Positions 37,666 through 48,092 of a stretch of DNA of 48,092 nucleotides are shown here, in pieces. The notes below the pieces were generated by a model. The model had not been told where the DNA came from, did not search any database, and was given only the letters and a program-made list of their open reading frames with translations. Numbering within the stretch: the stretch's first letter is position 1; every line of letters begins with the position of its first letter. Origin of the DNA: Fistulifera solaris (taxonomy: Eukaryota); NCBI GenBank assembly GCA_030295235.1, contig AP026169.1, positions 868,001-916,092 on the forward strand. Direction: 5' to 3'. The translations under genes were made by a program, and so were the position numbers.

Positions 37666-39446
37666 AAATTCTACCTCGTCGAAAGGTCTTTTTGCTTCAC
37701 TAATACAATTGCTAAGCGAAAGAATTCTTATTGGAGTAAACTTCAGGTGCTTAAGTTGATCCTTATTCCTGTTCTTCACAATGACTGCGCCCAAGTCCAT
37801 TTGGTCGACGCGCTGAATCAAGACAATTTCTATTGTATCGGCAGTTCTTCCGTGACTCTAGTATTTGGTTAGGAACAGGTTGAGTCAGATCTGTGCATCA
37901 AACTTCCTTGATGTAGTGAAAAGACGAACGTTTCACCTGAATTGCTTCTCTTCATGGAAGACTCCGTGTCATCTACACATTGAAGTACATTGGCGTCACC
38001 AGACGGTGACTTCATTCTGAAAACTTCAATTGAAATCGCAAACACATCGCCGGGGTTCAGGGTGGGGGTGACAGTTACACACAAGGACTTCTTTCTATCA
38101 GCTTTGCGGGGTTCAATCACTGCCTGTCCGGATAAAAACCAATTTATGGTACCGGTACCAGGGCGCTTGAGTGACGAATAACTTCCACGATGCGCCAGCC
38201 AGCTCAAATAGAGTCTCCACTTCCCCAGCGATGGAAAGGTAATTCGACCGGCCGCTCATATTACAAGGCATAACTCCGGCAATGACAGAGCCAAGGGCGT
38301 TGTCAACGCAGTAGTTTTCATAAGTCACCTTTTTGTTAAAGGCTGGGTGGCATAATTGTGCAAAGACCTTGAAGGCAAATAAAGCCTTCTTTGCTGACGT
38401 TTTTGTTCACAGACCAAGTTTTGCCACAAAACGTTGATCATTTGCTTCTCCACACGAAATGGTCGTGGAGTATTAGATCTTCTTGGCGAAAGCACACAAT
38501 GCTGAAACAACGCATTTGTATTCTCCACTAAACATTGATTAAGGCTCAAAAGTGCTTTGCCAATGTCGATTGGCCACAGTCATCAGTGATAGTTGCTCTG
38601 TAAAGTTTCTGTTTTATTTGGACTCGTCCGTGACCTGGGCACAATGTATCAAACAAATCATTTCCAGAGCTCCCACCATCAGAAAATTGAACTTATCTTT
38701 TGCCCACCTTCCCACAGTAGTTACTTCTAATCACCAAAACACGCAATCGGGTTGAACACATTACATTGTCAGACCGTTCGCTTCCACTAAATTGTTTGGA
38801 TCGCCAAATCCAACTGAGCCCTATGATAGACTTTAAGTCAGCTCTATAATCACTAAAGTACCGGAAGGTAATAGTATCCTTGTAGTTGAAACCGTGCAAG
38901 AAATATTCTAGGAAATTGTGTGGCGGGTGAATACGGGTGTCGGCATCGGATGAAAGCGATGAGAGAACAGATATCTTCTAGCAATTCTAAGCATCCGAAC
39001 TGTAACGACATTTATCACTGACAACGAAAGCCTCCTTCACTTGCAACAGATCTATATGCCTTACTCTGTACATCCTATCAACAACAAAAGCGGTTACTTG
39101 CTTTGCAGAGATTCCAAACAATGAGTTCTCTTAACAAGTTGAACAATAGGCCTCCCCACATAGGTTGGAAAGCTCTTTCATTATCACCTATTGGCGGGTG
39201 GTGCTGCTTTCATCATTTTGAAGAATCATCATCATCGATCATTGTCAAACTAAAGTGTTCATTTGCCTTCGGCTAGCGTTGCCCGCTTCGCCGCTAAGAC
39301 ACTCTAGAATCGCCGTATCACTCGAGACTAACTCAGTCGGTTTAACTTTGAATAATAAGGTGTAGTCGATGGTCCCTGCGTCAAAATATGTACGGAGTAC
39401 AACTTATTGTGGCGATGCTTTGGCAATAACATTCTAGCTGAAACGA

Positions 39447-39470
39447 GTCGTCGTCGTCGTCGTCGTCGTC
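39447..39470. repeat. (GTC)8 microsatellite
   Basis: Read directly from the sequence. Confidence 0.95.
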
Positions 39471-39600
39471 TGTAGAAGGTTATAGTGACTATTGACTATG
39501 AAAAGTCGTACGGCCGACGGACAAAACTTACCAGTCATTTTGATGCCATGCCACGGCATACGCCATGGCCTACCAGGTATGGCCTCTCGGTTCTCGGTAC

Positions 39601-39630
39601 CCTGGTACCGGTACCGGTACCGGTACCAGG
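39601..39630. repeat. 30-bp perfect palindrome built on (GGTACC)n
   Basis: CCTGGTACCGGTACCGGTACCGGTACCAGG is its own reverse complement. A similar tract lies at about 39774-39795. Confidence 0.92.
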
Positions 39631-39923
39631 TATCGGCCGTTCTGCTTCCTTTTACGCACCACTGTAACATGGTACTCTACATTTCAATTTCATACAGCAT
39701 TCACATCATTCTATTTTAGTCAGTTGAAAGCTTCAACGGAAGTTGGTCGTAAAATCACACTCAGGAAATAAAGCGGTACCGGTACCGGTGGTACCTACGA
39801 CTTGCGTCGTAGTCTCCCTCGTGTCGATTGTCGATCGTGCTCCTGTGAATGCCTCTTTTGATTGCAAAACATAATAATAACAGCTACAGTCACACGTAAA
39901 GCAATTAAAAACCGGCGGAGGCA

Positions 39924-41458
39924 ATGAGAATTCTTTCGTGTGTTTTGAGTGCGAGCGTCTTTCTCGCGACAGCTCCTACATCTTCAGATGCATTTTGGTC
40001 ATTTCGACAAAAAGAGAACGAACCCAACGAGCATTCTAACACAGCAGGAGCCGTGCCCGAAAAGCAGCCGAAAGTTATACCTGATTACAGTATTTCCAGT
40101 CCTGCGCCTCCCTCACGCGATTCACCGAACACGATTTCCTACGGCGTCGACGTGAGCTTACCAATTCATCATAATACAATTAGCAACAATTACGCTTGGT
40201 TGCCTCACAATGTCGATCCGTCGCTCGAAACACCTTCCAAATACCGCGACATGCCCATTCAACCTCTTCCGCATCGTCAAGAATTCTATGATAACTTCTT
40301 GGAGAGTTGCGTGCAAGCTTTGGTAGGAAAGGACAACGCTGCCGTGATACAGAAAGAGATAGAATCGAAATGAGTTTGCGACAACCACAATCGATGCAGA
40401 ATTACACCGCAATAGGCTACAAGAAAATCAAAGCACCCCAGAACTATTCAAGTTGATTGAAGAATTTTGGAACAACAATCATCACAAGGCGAAACCGGAG
40501 CAGTGGGGACGGGTAATACGTACACGAACAATTGGCAATCGTCGAGTTCGATGGTTAGTGTAGAAGACGCCAAGTTACGAGGTGGTGGCTTCACATTGAA
40601 GCAGAAGATCTGGAATGCAGCCAAGAATATTCTGCAAGAGTGGACAGGAGAAGAATTGACGCAGTGTAGTTTATACGGTATTCGCATCTATCACGCGGAC
40701 GCTGTGTTGGCAACCCATGTCGATCGATTGCCTTTGGTGAGCTCTGCGATCATCAATGTCGCCCAAGATTTAGACGAGCCTTGGCCTTTAGAAGTTATTG
40801 GTCACAATGGAGTTGCAGAAAATGTTACCATGGAGCCCGGTGATATGGTTTTGTATGAGAGTCATTCTGTGCTGCACGGACGCCCGTTTCCTTTGAAAGG
40901 GCGCTACATGGCCAACATTTTCATTCATTTCGAACCCATTGGGCACTCTTTGCGTCACTACGACAACCATAACATTGGTGATGTTGATGTGAAATATAGG
41001 GAGTCCTTGATGAAGGGCCATGGCGGTCACGAGAATGAGTCCAATAATGGATTACCGCCCTACATTATTGCGGGAAGTCCTGAAGAGCCACATTGGCGAC
41101 AATCTCATCCCAACGGTCAACAGCCTCAGACCAGCAAAACTTTTACAACTGGGTCGACACCCGCGCATGAATTCGCACAGAAGGAAACGTTGACTTGTTG
41201 GCGGCCGAGCTTTCGAAACAAAGGATTTGGTCCACGCCAAGGATGCCAATGATTGGACTCCACTTCACGAAGGTGCACGTGCTGGCCATTTACCGGTAGT
41301 GAAATTACTAATTGAACACGGTGCAGATGTCAATGCCAAGACGGGTGGGGTAGCGGTGGAACACCACTGTGGTGGGCCCGACAAACGCTAGAAGAAGATC
41401 ATGAAGTGATTTCTTTTTGGAAGAAATTGGTGCATTAGATGCGGGCCCAGAATTGTAA
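39924..41458 (+). CDS. Secretory-pathway 2OG-Fe(II) oxygenase-like protein with C-terminal ankyrin repeats (frameshifted)
   Basis: Signal peptide ending SSDA-FW. Core YGIRIY...LATHVDRLP...SAIINV...MEPGDMVLYES..VLHGRPFPLKG supplies the HxD...H metal triad. Ankyrin DWTPLHEGARAGHLPVVKLLIEHGADVNAK. C-terminus GPEL*. Confidence 0.8.
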
Positions 41459-42103
41459 GAAGTGTGCAACGGGCATCTAACTTCTCCATAGAGGTAATGA
41501 GATTTTGTAAAATACGCGATCTCTAAAATGCCTGCTTACTTGTCACGACAATAGTACCCAAAGGCTAGCACATAGGATACTTCTCGATGCTTTATCACTT
41601 CGCAAGGGAGCACTTGCATCACGTCGCAATTAGCTGTTGAAGGCACTACTTAGGAAACTGTATCGATTGCCCCTTCGACATCGTTATGTCTTGATTAAAT
41701 ACAGAGTATTCAATACGGCGACAATCGAGGTCGTTATTGGTTAAGAGTTCCATTCCTCGTAATTTTCGATGCAGCCATAAAAGGGTCAACTAGTACACTT
41801 GCGTCAACGGATCTAGCTCAAAACTGTGATATTGTCAAGAATCAGCTTTGGTGGCCATGCATATGCGTAATGCGTATGTAAGCCTAAGCAGAATTCTCTC
41901 CGACTCATCGTATTCTCAGTCCCGGGCAATAAGTGTCGGCTTTTCAATAGATTTTCAATGACCGTTTATAATGACCCGATGAGATCGACAACAACAAAAT
42001 TCGCACCAACTTACAGCAAGCAACCGAATAGGAAGCAATTCACTTGAAGTGCACACGCTGTATCGACCTTTCCATTACATATTTTTCTGGTTAATTTTTT
42101 ATA

Positions 42104-42585
42104 ATGACAGGACGCAAAAGATCAATCGATCCTGGCTGCTGTTTGTCGCAGTACTCGCGATTACTTTCATGAGCACCGACGCCTTTTGGTGGTCATCGAA
42201 CAACAAAGACGCAAGTAAGGAAGAAGCAGTCGCAGCCAAACAGGAAGAGAAGGAACATATACCGCAGCTTGTCCTGACGACAGAAAGTGCTCGACATGCG
42301 GCTGCTCAAGGTCTGGTCGAAGAGCTCAAACATCACCTTAAAGAAGAAGATGTACACGCAACCGACGAGAATGGCTGGGCTGCCTTGCATGAGGCAGCAA
42401 GGGCTGGGCATCTTGATGCGGTGAAGACACTCTTGGATCATGGGGCCGATGTACATGCCAGAACTGGGAAACAACAAGATGGAGGATCCGTTTTGCATTG
42501 GGCCAAGCGCTTTCTGGGAGAGGAGCATGCTGTTGTCACGTACTTGGAACAGCTTGGTGCAATTGATATCGGTCCGGAGCTGTAA
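42104..42585 (+). CDS. Small secretory ankyrin-repeat protein, paralogous to the ends of the upstream gene
   Basis: Signal peptide ending STDA-FWW. Ankyrin DENGWAALHEAARAGHLDAVKTLLDHGADVHAR. C-terminus LGAIDIGPEL*. ATG 42104 needs a 1-nt indel. Confidence 0.82.
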
Positions 42586-43076
42586 TTTACATCTTAGATT
42601 GATGAAGTGTTCATTGCAGTTCTCTCTACATTTTCTAATTAGTTGTGTATCGAATTCATAATCCTCGCAGATTCTTCGATTCCCGACATCGATGAATCCA
42701 ACCGCCTGTTTAGCAATTTGATAAGCGCGTCAGTATGAGGCTAGATAGACGAAATTTGTTTCGAAATGGCATGCGAGAAAGTCATCATATACATTGCCAC
42801 TCCTCGGGTGGCCTCGCCGGTAGATACGCGGAGGGGCGACTTATTGTTTTTGTTTCTATACCTAGAGATGAGTCTAGAACATGCAACATATCTTTTCTAC
42901 AATGCTTTGCACTTCATTCATCTCCCACAGAACTTAACGCATCCAAACACCTTCGAAAGTCGATGGCTTCTCCTCTAATAATGAACATTTATTTTCCCAA
43001 CAGAAAGAATTACTGCTACGTCGAATAACGTAAATTTTACTTCCATTGCTGATAGAGAAATAATAATATCACCTTG

Positions 43077-43757
43077 TTAACTCTTAGAAAGGAAATAAGC
43101 TGAAAAAGCGGCTCGAATCTGAATGCCCGTGATCGCTTCTACCACAGGAATTGCCAAAAGAACAAACAAGAGCGGCAACGTGACTTTTGAATAAGGACGA
43201 GTGTATGCAACCAAGTAAGAAAAGGTCATGGTTTGATCAGTGACGGTAGCTGCATCGGAAGGTTTGACGGCCAGTAACCCAGGATTACGGGCTACCATCG
43301 CCATGGCTTTGTCTTTGCCAAAGATTTCGCTGTAAGCTTCGAGCGATGGTTTGAACCATGTGCGCTCAAAAAGAAAGACAGACGGGTAAGTCGATCACCA
43401 TTTGCTTTGCAACATCGTCCCCATACAATTTAGCAAGCTCTTGAAATGCACTGCGAGCCTGTTTTTCGGAAATATCCGTCAACCGACGACGCTCATTGCG
43501 AGACTCCATTTGCGCTTTCATTTTGTCAGACATGCCAAGCGTCGTAAAAGGACTAGGCTTTGGCGGCTCGCGTTGAAACGGAAACTTTTCATTGTAGAAG
43601 GCAATGGCTTCGTCGATTGGTTTGCGAGAAACAGCGTACCGAACGATGCGATAGCTATTGGCGAACGATTTTGTCGGAGCAAACGCTTGCGAGCAAGCGC
43701 AAAGGCTCGCGAGAAGGACAAAAGAGGAAACGTCGAAAGGTGCCGAACAGAAGTCAT
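43077..43757 (-). CDS. Plastid-targeted hypothetical membrane protein (frameshifted)
   Basis: Alternate frame gives FVLLASLCACSQA-FAPTKSF (ASAFAP-type signal cleavage plus transit peptide), then ...MVARNPGLLAVKPSDAATVTDQTMTFSYLVAYTRP and a C-terminal transmembrane helix. Confidence 0.72.
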
Positions 43758-44256
43758 TATGGAGCTCAAAGAAGCGAACGATGTGAGATCCGAAGGATTA
43801 ATTATTGAAATTGATGAATGTGAAGTTATAAGTTCGAGAAAAACAAGAAGCAAAAGGATCGGCATGTTCGAAATGCAAAAGGCGAAAAGTCCGCATCGGT
43901 TGCGTCAGAGAAACAAGACGTCATTCATGACAGGATCGAGTCACGAGTTCTAAAGCGGAGCGGTTTGACATGTCTAAATTCTCAACAAAATGATGGAGCG
44001 TTTCCAAGTAACGAGTGACAAGCAGGAGATTTTGAGTTTTCTTCTTGAAATGGAGGATTGTTCGACTTCGGCTTTAGGACAAAAGATGCAAGAAAAGAGT
44101 AGAGCATGACCGTCAAAAGACATTTCCAAGAGGAAGAGTTGATGAAGCAAAGGTAGACAAAATCTTAGTTGAAATACATAATGTGGTGGTAATAAAATGT
44201 CGATAGCTGTAGGAAAATAATGGAATCACCGCCAGTGAAGAAAAGTGCAAATGATC

Positions 44257-44685
44257 TCAAACTACTTCGACAGAGGCGAGTGGGTTGGGGCAGACAGACG
44301 AGATGATAAATGTTTCAAAGACGGTCTCACAAGCAGAAAACTCTGCCATTGACATGTCAATATCTCCTTCTGTCTCCTTTAACGTCGGTGACTTGTTCAG
44401 ATCTTTGCTGTACTGGAAACCACAGTGTTTCGGCGTTACATCAAAGAAATACACTTGAAGATTCTCTTCCGACTCATTCGTGTGGGCTACGATGCGTCTG
44501 TGGTATTCATGCTCCTGAGTGATCGTGCAGCTTCCAAGCTTGTGATTACTAGTTTGAAAGTGATCAATCATCATGTGCAATGAGAAGCAAGGACACGAAA
44601 CGGCTCCGCGGAGATTCGACGCGGCCAAACACTGGTAAAGAGTGCTGGTAATTACAAGCAGAAGATGAAAGGTAAAGATCCTCAT
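44257..44685 (-). CDS. Small secreted Cys-containing protein (142 aa)
   Basis: Intact ATG ORF with a hydrophobic signal peptide, NLRG, CPCF and four further Cys. Confidence 0.65.
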   Translation of the reverse strand: MRIFTFHLLLVITSTLYQCLAASNLRGAVSCPCFSLHMMIDHFQTSNHKLGSCTITQEHEYHRRIVAHTNESEENLQVYFFDVTPKHCGFQYSKDLNKSPTLKETEGDIDMSMAEFSACETVFETFIISSVCPNPLASVEVV

Positions 44686-45077
44686 TCTTTCTCGGTTATC
44701 AAAGGTGCAGATGCAAAAGGAAACAAAGTACTAGGTATGATGAGGAATTACAAGTAATAATGCATGTAAATGATAATGGCATGAAAAGTGAAATGCGGTG
44801 CGTGTTGCGAGTTCGGGTGGAGGAATTCAACGATCAAAGAAAAACCTTGAATCTTGTTTCTTTCCTTTTATGAACAATACAGAGCACATATGAATACCGA
44901 ATAGACAAAATACCAATAATTGTAAGCAGCTCGTCGGGAGTCGGGACTCATGCTCACAGGGCAATACTTGTACCTGGTAATATGCCTATAAAGGCATCAC
45001 AAATCACGAGTCACGAGGAGACAAGAGGCATTGTACAGATAATCAGTGATTCGCAACTAAAAATGCTCAACTATAGC

Positions 45078-47493
45078 TTATCTTATCGTGTCAACATTCA
45101 TGGTGACCAGTAGTGACCGCAAACTTTGTATTATTTCCGGGTTTGATGGTATTGGTTTTTTCCAGACCAGATTGGCGCCTGCTTTGAAGAAGAGTTCATC
45201 CAAATCATTACCTGAGCATCCGATGACAATGGCATTTATTTTGTTTCGCCGTAATGCAATCACAACATCCGTACCCAGAAGCACACCTCCTGCCATGTAT
45301 TGATCCATCACAATCACATGGAACTCTTCTTTGCACATATTTTCAGCGCTTCTTCACCCGTAGCTGCTTCGAAGATTACACAATTCGGCGCAATTGATTT
45401 TCAAACCGTCGTTTCAGCATAGTGCGATTAATTTGAATGTCATCAACAATAAGAACACGTATGGGTTCCTGGATAGCCTCATTGGATTTAAACCTCAAAT
45501 TGATTGACACGCCACTACCATCTGACTGCACTTCGTTGCAAACTTCGAATGGTACCAATACAACACAATCAGTCCCCTGCCTGACCGTGGGATCACTGAC
45601 AAAGTGAATCGAACCGCGCATGAGGTCAACAATCTGTCGCGAAATGGTTAACCCCAGACCCGAACCTGGTGCACCACCACGTGTTATGAAACGGTGGAAA
45701 ATACGCTCTTGGTCCTCTTTCGGTATACCCGGTCCAGTGTCACTGCACACGTATTGAATCCATTCCTTCCCATTGTGTCCTATGATTTTTGCAGAAAGGA
45801 TAATGGACCCTGATGATGTGAACTTGATTGCATTTGAGGTGATGTTTGTTAAGACTTGACCCATTCTGGAAATGTCTCCAAAGACCCATTCTTTGCCCGA
45901 TGGAATTTCCGAATCGTCAACGAGCAGGTCAACCCTTCCATGACATGCCGGACTCATCATTTTCTGCGTTTCGCGTAATAGAACCTTAATAGAAAAAAAT
46001 GTTGCGATGCAAACCTAGTTTTCCTTCCTCTAGCTTCCGACTGTCAAGTAGATTGTTCATCACTCGCGACATGAAATTGCTACATAATTTCATGCTTTCA
46101 ACTAACTCTTGAGCTTCCGCAGAATATTATCAGGCATGGTATTCAACGCACTATCAATAGCACCAAGAGGATTCCTGAGTTCATGGGCCAGTGCAGCAGT
46201 AAACTGCCGTTCGACTTCTGCTTTGGCTTTTTCGGCCATAGTCAGTCCTCTCATTGTCGCTTGTGACTTTTTCTGCAAAAGAACTGTATACACAAGCAGA
46301 GCAACAAAGATGGCAACCACAAACGAAACAACCAGAGCCAAAACGTCTCCAAGCTGAGGATTCTGATCAAATTGGATTGTCAATATCCATTCATTGTTGG
46401 TGGTTTGCAATTGATGGCTCAACTCGTGACTTTTGTACCATAATCTTTTGATTGCGCCAAGTGGACAACTGATTCGAAGTATTCTCCAGCGGTTTCATTA
46501 AAAGTGTAGTCTGTCCGTGTGAGTAGAAATTCCATTGAGTTCGCCGTCAAGGTCTCGTAAATAGAACTTCTGTTGATTAACGTGTCCCAATGAATAAGAG
46601 CAGTCGCAAAACCCCATCTAGGGTACTCCACACCATCGACTTCAATGATGTGACTTCGGCTCATGACAGGCAATCTCGCAATAAAGTACATACCACAATT
46701 GGGACACTGCAGCAAAGGACGTGGTCCAGCAATTCCGACCACTTCTTGCTTCATTGATTGTCTAGCAATGAACTTGTAAACCGCATGATTCAACAAATCT
46801 AGCCCAAAAGCATCCGTGTTATCGAGAAATGACACGCCATCATCAAAATCTTCTGTATTATTGATTGGATTGACCAAGCAAATAATCCCACCTGGTGCCA
46901 GCTGAATACTATGCAGAACGCCGTCCATTTGCGCACTTTCTTTGATATTGGAAGCCAGTTGATCGAAGCGACGAATAAGTTGCGCATCATCGCATATTCC
47001 AGTAACATTTCGATAGAGTCGCACGTTTAGATCACTCGTATTGTACGGAAGGAAAGGGCGCTTCTCCACTCTATCCGGTAAAGAAGCAAACATTTCAAGT
47101 TCGACAGCAAATTGTGCCATGGAAAATAAAGGTAAAATAGCATAGTCGAGTTCTTTTGAAAACCATCTTCCAATTTCAATGGCAAGATCTCTTATTGCGC
47201 GGACTTGTCTTTCATTGTGAGAATCCGTCAATACCCAAAAATAGCTATGCCGGCTCCAAAAGTATTACAAAAACGAGGACACTGAAAAGAAGCATGACTG
47301 ATCGACTCTCGTAGTTGATGAGAAACATTTTGCCCGTGATTTTGGTGCGCTTGTCGCCTTCGTTTGAGTCAGAAGCAACTGTTGATACAGAATACGGAAG
47401 CGTCGGTTCATATTGTGTCATCGTCCGCGCCTTTTCTACATCGGTTTCTTCTGTTAGCACAGCAGCTTTAACACGACGTTGGCCGACGGGCAT
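45078..47493 (-). CDS. Hybrid sensor histidine kinase: TM-CHASE-TM-HisKA-HATPase-REC (frameshifted)
   Basis: CHASE-like IQLAPGGII..VNP...GLDLL...IAGPRPLLQ...FIARLPV...WGFATALIHW. H-box AHELRNPL, N-box NITSNAIKFT, G1 DTGPGI, G2 GSGLGL. Receiver VLIVDD...MDQYM...IGCSG...WKKP. Confidence 0.92.
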
Positions 47494-47766
47494 TTTGATT
47501 CTTCGTTTCACCCTTGCTTTGTCCTTCTTTGGTCTTTCCCTTTTCGATTACTATGAGATCTAAGGAGAAGACCGTCAATAACAACCAATTAAGAATGATT
47601 TGAAAGAGCTTTTGAATGATCAATCATTACGATGAGTGAAAAGAAGGGAACGAAGAACGAGCATTTGGTGTGGCAGCGGCCCATATCTAGTACTGTACAT
47701 TCGGTCTTTACCAGTAGCCGTTGCAACTGTTCTTTACTGTGGATGGTGAATTGGGCACTCAAAACA

Positions 47767-48092
47767 GGTTAGGGTTAGGGTTAGGGTTAGGGTTAGGGTT
47801 AGGGTTAGGGTTAGGGTTAGGGTTAGGGTTAGGGTTAGGGTTAGGGTTAGGGTTAGGGTTAGGGTTAGGGTTAGGGTTAGGGTTAGGGTTAGGGTTAGGG
47901 TTAGGGTTAGGGTTAGGGTTGGGGTTAGGGTTAGGGTTAGGGGTTAGGGTTAGGGTTAGGGTTAGGGTTAGGGTTAGGGTTAGGGTTAGGGTTAGGGTTA
48001 GGGTTAGGGTTAGGGTTAGGGTTGGGGTTGAGGGTTGGGGTTAGGGTTGGGGTTAGGGTTAGGGTTAGGGTTAGGGTTAGGGTTAGGGTTAG
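47767..48092 (+). repeat. Telomeric (TTAGGG)n array, chromosome end
   Basis: About 325 bp of TTAGGG running to the window end, G-rich strand 5'->3' outward, with a few distal variants (TTGGGG, TTAGGGG, TTGAGGG). Confidence 0.98.

Noticed and set aside
35839..37675. TTCTACC follows both copia LTRs closely, hinting at longer LTRs
   Set aside because: The CAACA ends and the AAATT TSD fix the boundaries; the short match is offset and probably coincidental.
47721..48044. ORF with (GL)n/(VR)n repeats
   Set aside because: It is a translation of the telomeric TTAGGG array, not a gene.
47920..48055. Variant telomeric repeats TTGGGG, TTAGGGG, TTGAGGG as a second telomerase template
   Set aside because: Sparse and distal in an indel-prone assembly; most likely read errors.

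Overview
Eukaryotic chromosome end, almost certainly from a diatom or close ochrophyte. Evidence: short GT-AG introns, an SQA-FAP bipartite plastid-targeting signal, a CoDi-type copia element, diatom-type HSF/TKL/CHASE-kinase genes, and a terminal (TTAGGG)n telomere from about 47767. The assembly carries many single-base indels, mostly in homopolymers, so most genes are split across several ORFs. Recognisable genes: RRP36, pyruvate kinase (2 introns), two paralogous bZIP factors, a globin (3 introns), two HSF-type factors, a secreted 2xCBM6 protein, a DnaJ-domain protein, a TKL-like kinase, a 2OG-Fe(II) oxygenase/ankyrin gene with an adjacent ankyrin-only paralog, a plastid-targeted membrane protein, and a CHASE hybrid histidine kinase about 270 bp from the telomere. 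Three mobile elements have exact boundaries and target-site duplications (TSDs): a 264-bp hAT-like MITE (8-bp TSD), a full-length young Ty3/gypsy element (5-bp TSD, non-canonical primer-binding site) and an internally deleted copia element (5-bp TSD). The strongest unexplained signal is in intergenic DNA: repeated TA-N5-TA 9-mers (TACCWGGTA x11, TACTCCGTA x7) and a dense excess of unrelated 7-bp tandem duplications. Both could be scars of a 7-nt insertion/footprint process, which is inference. All counts were made by eye.
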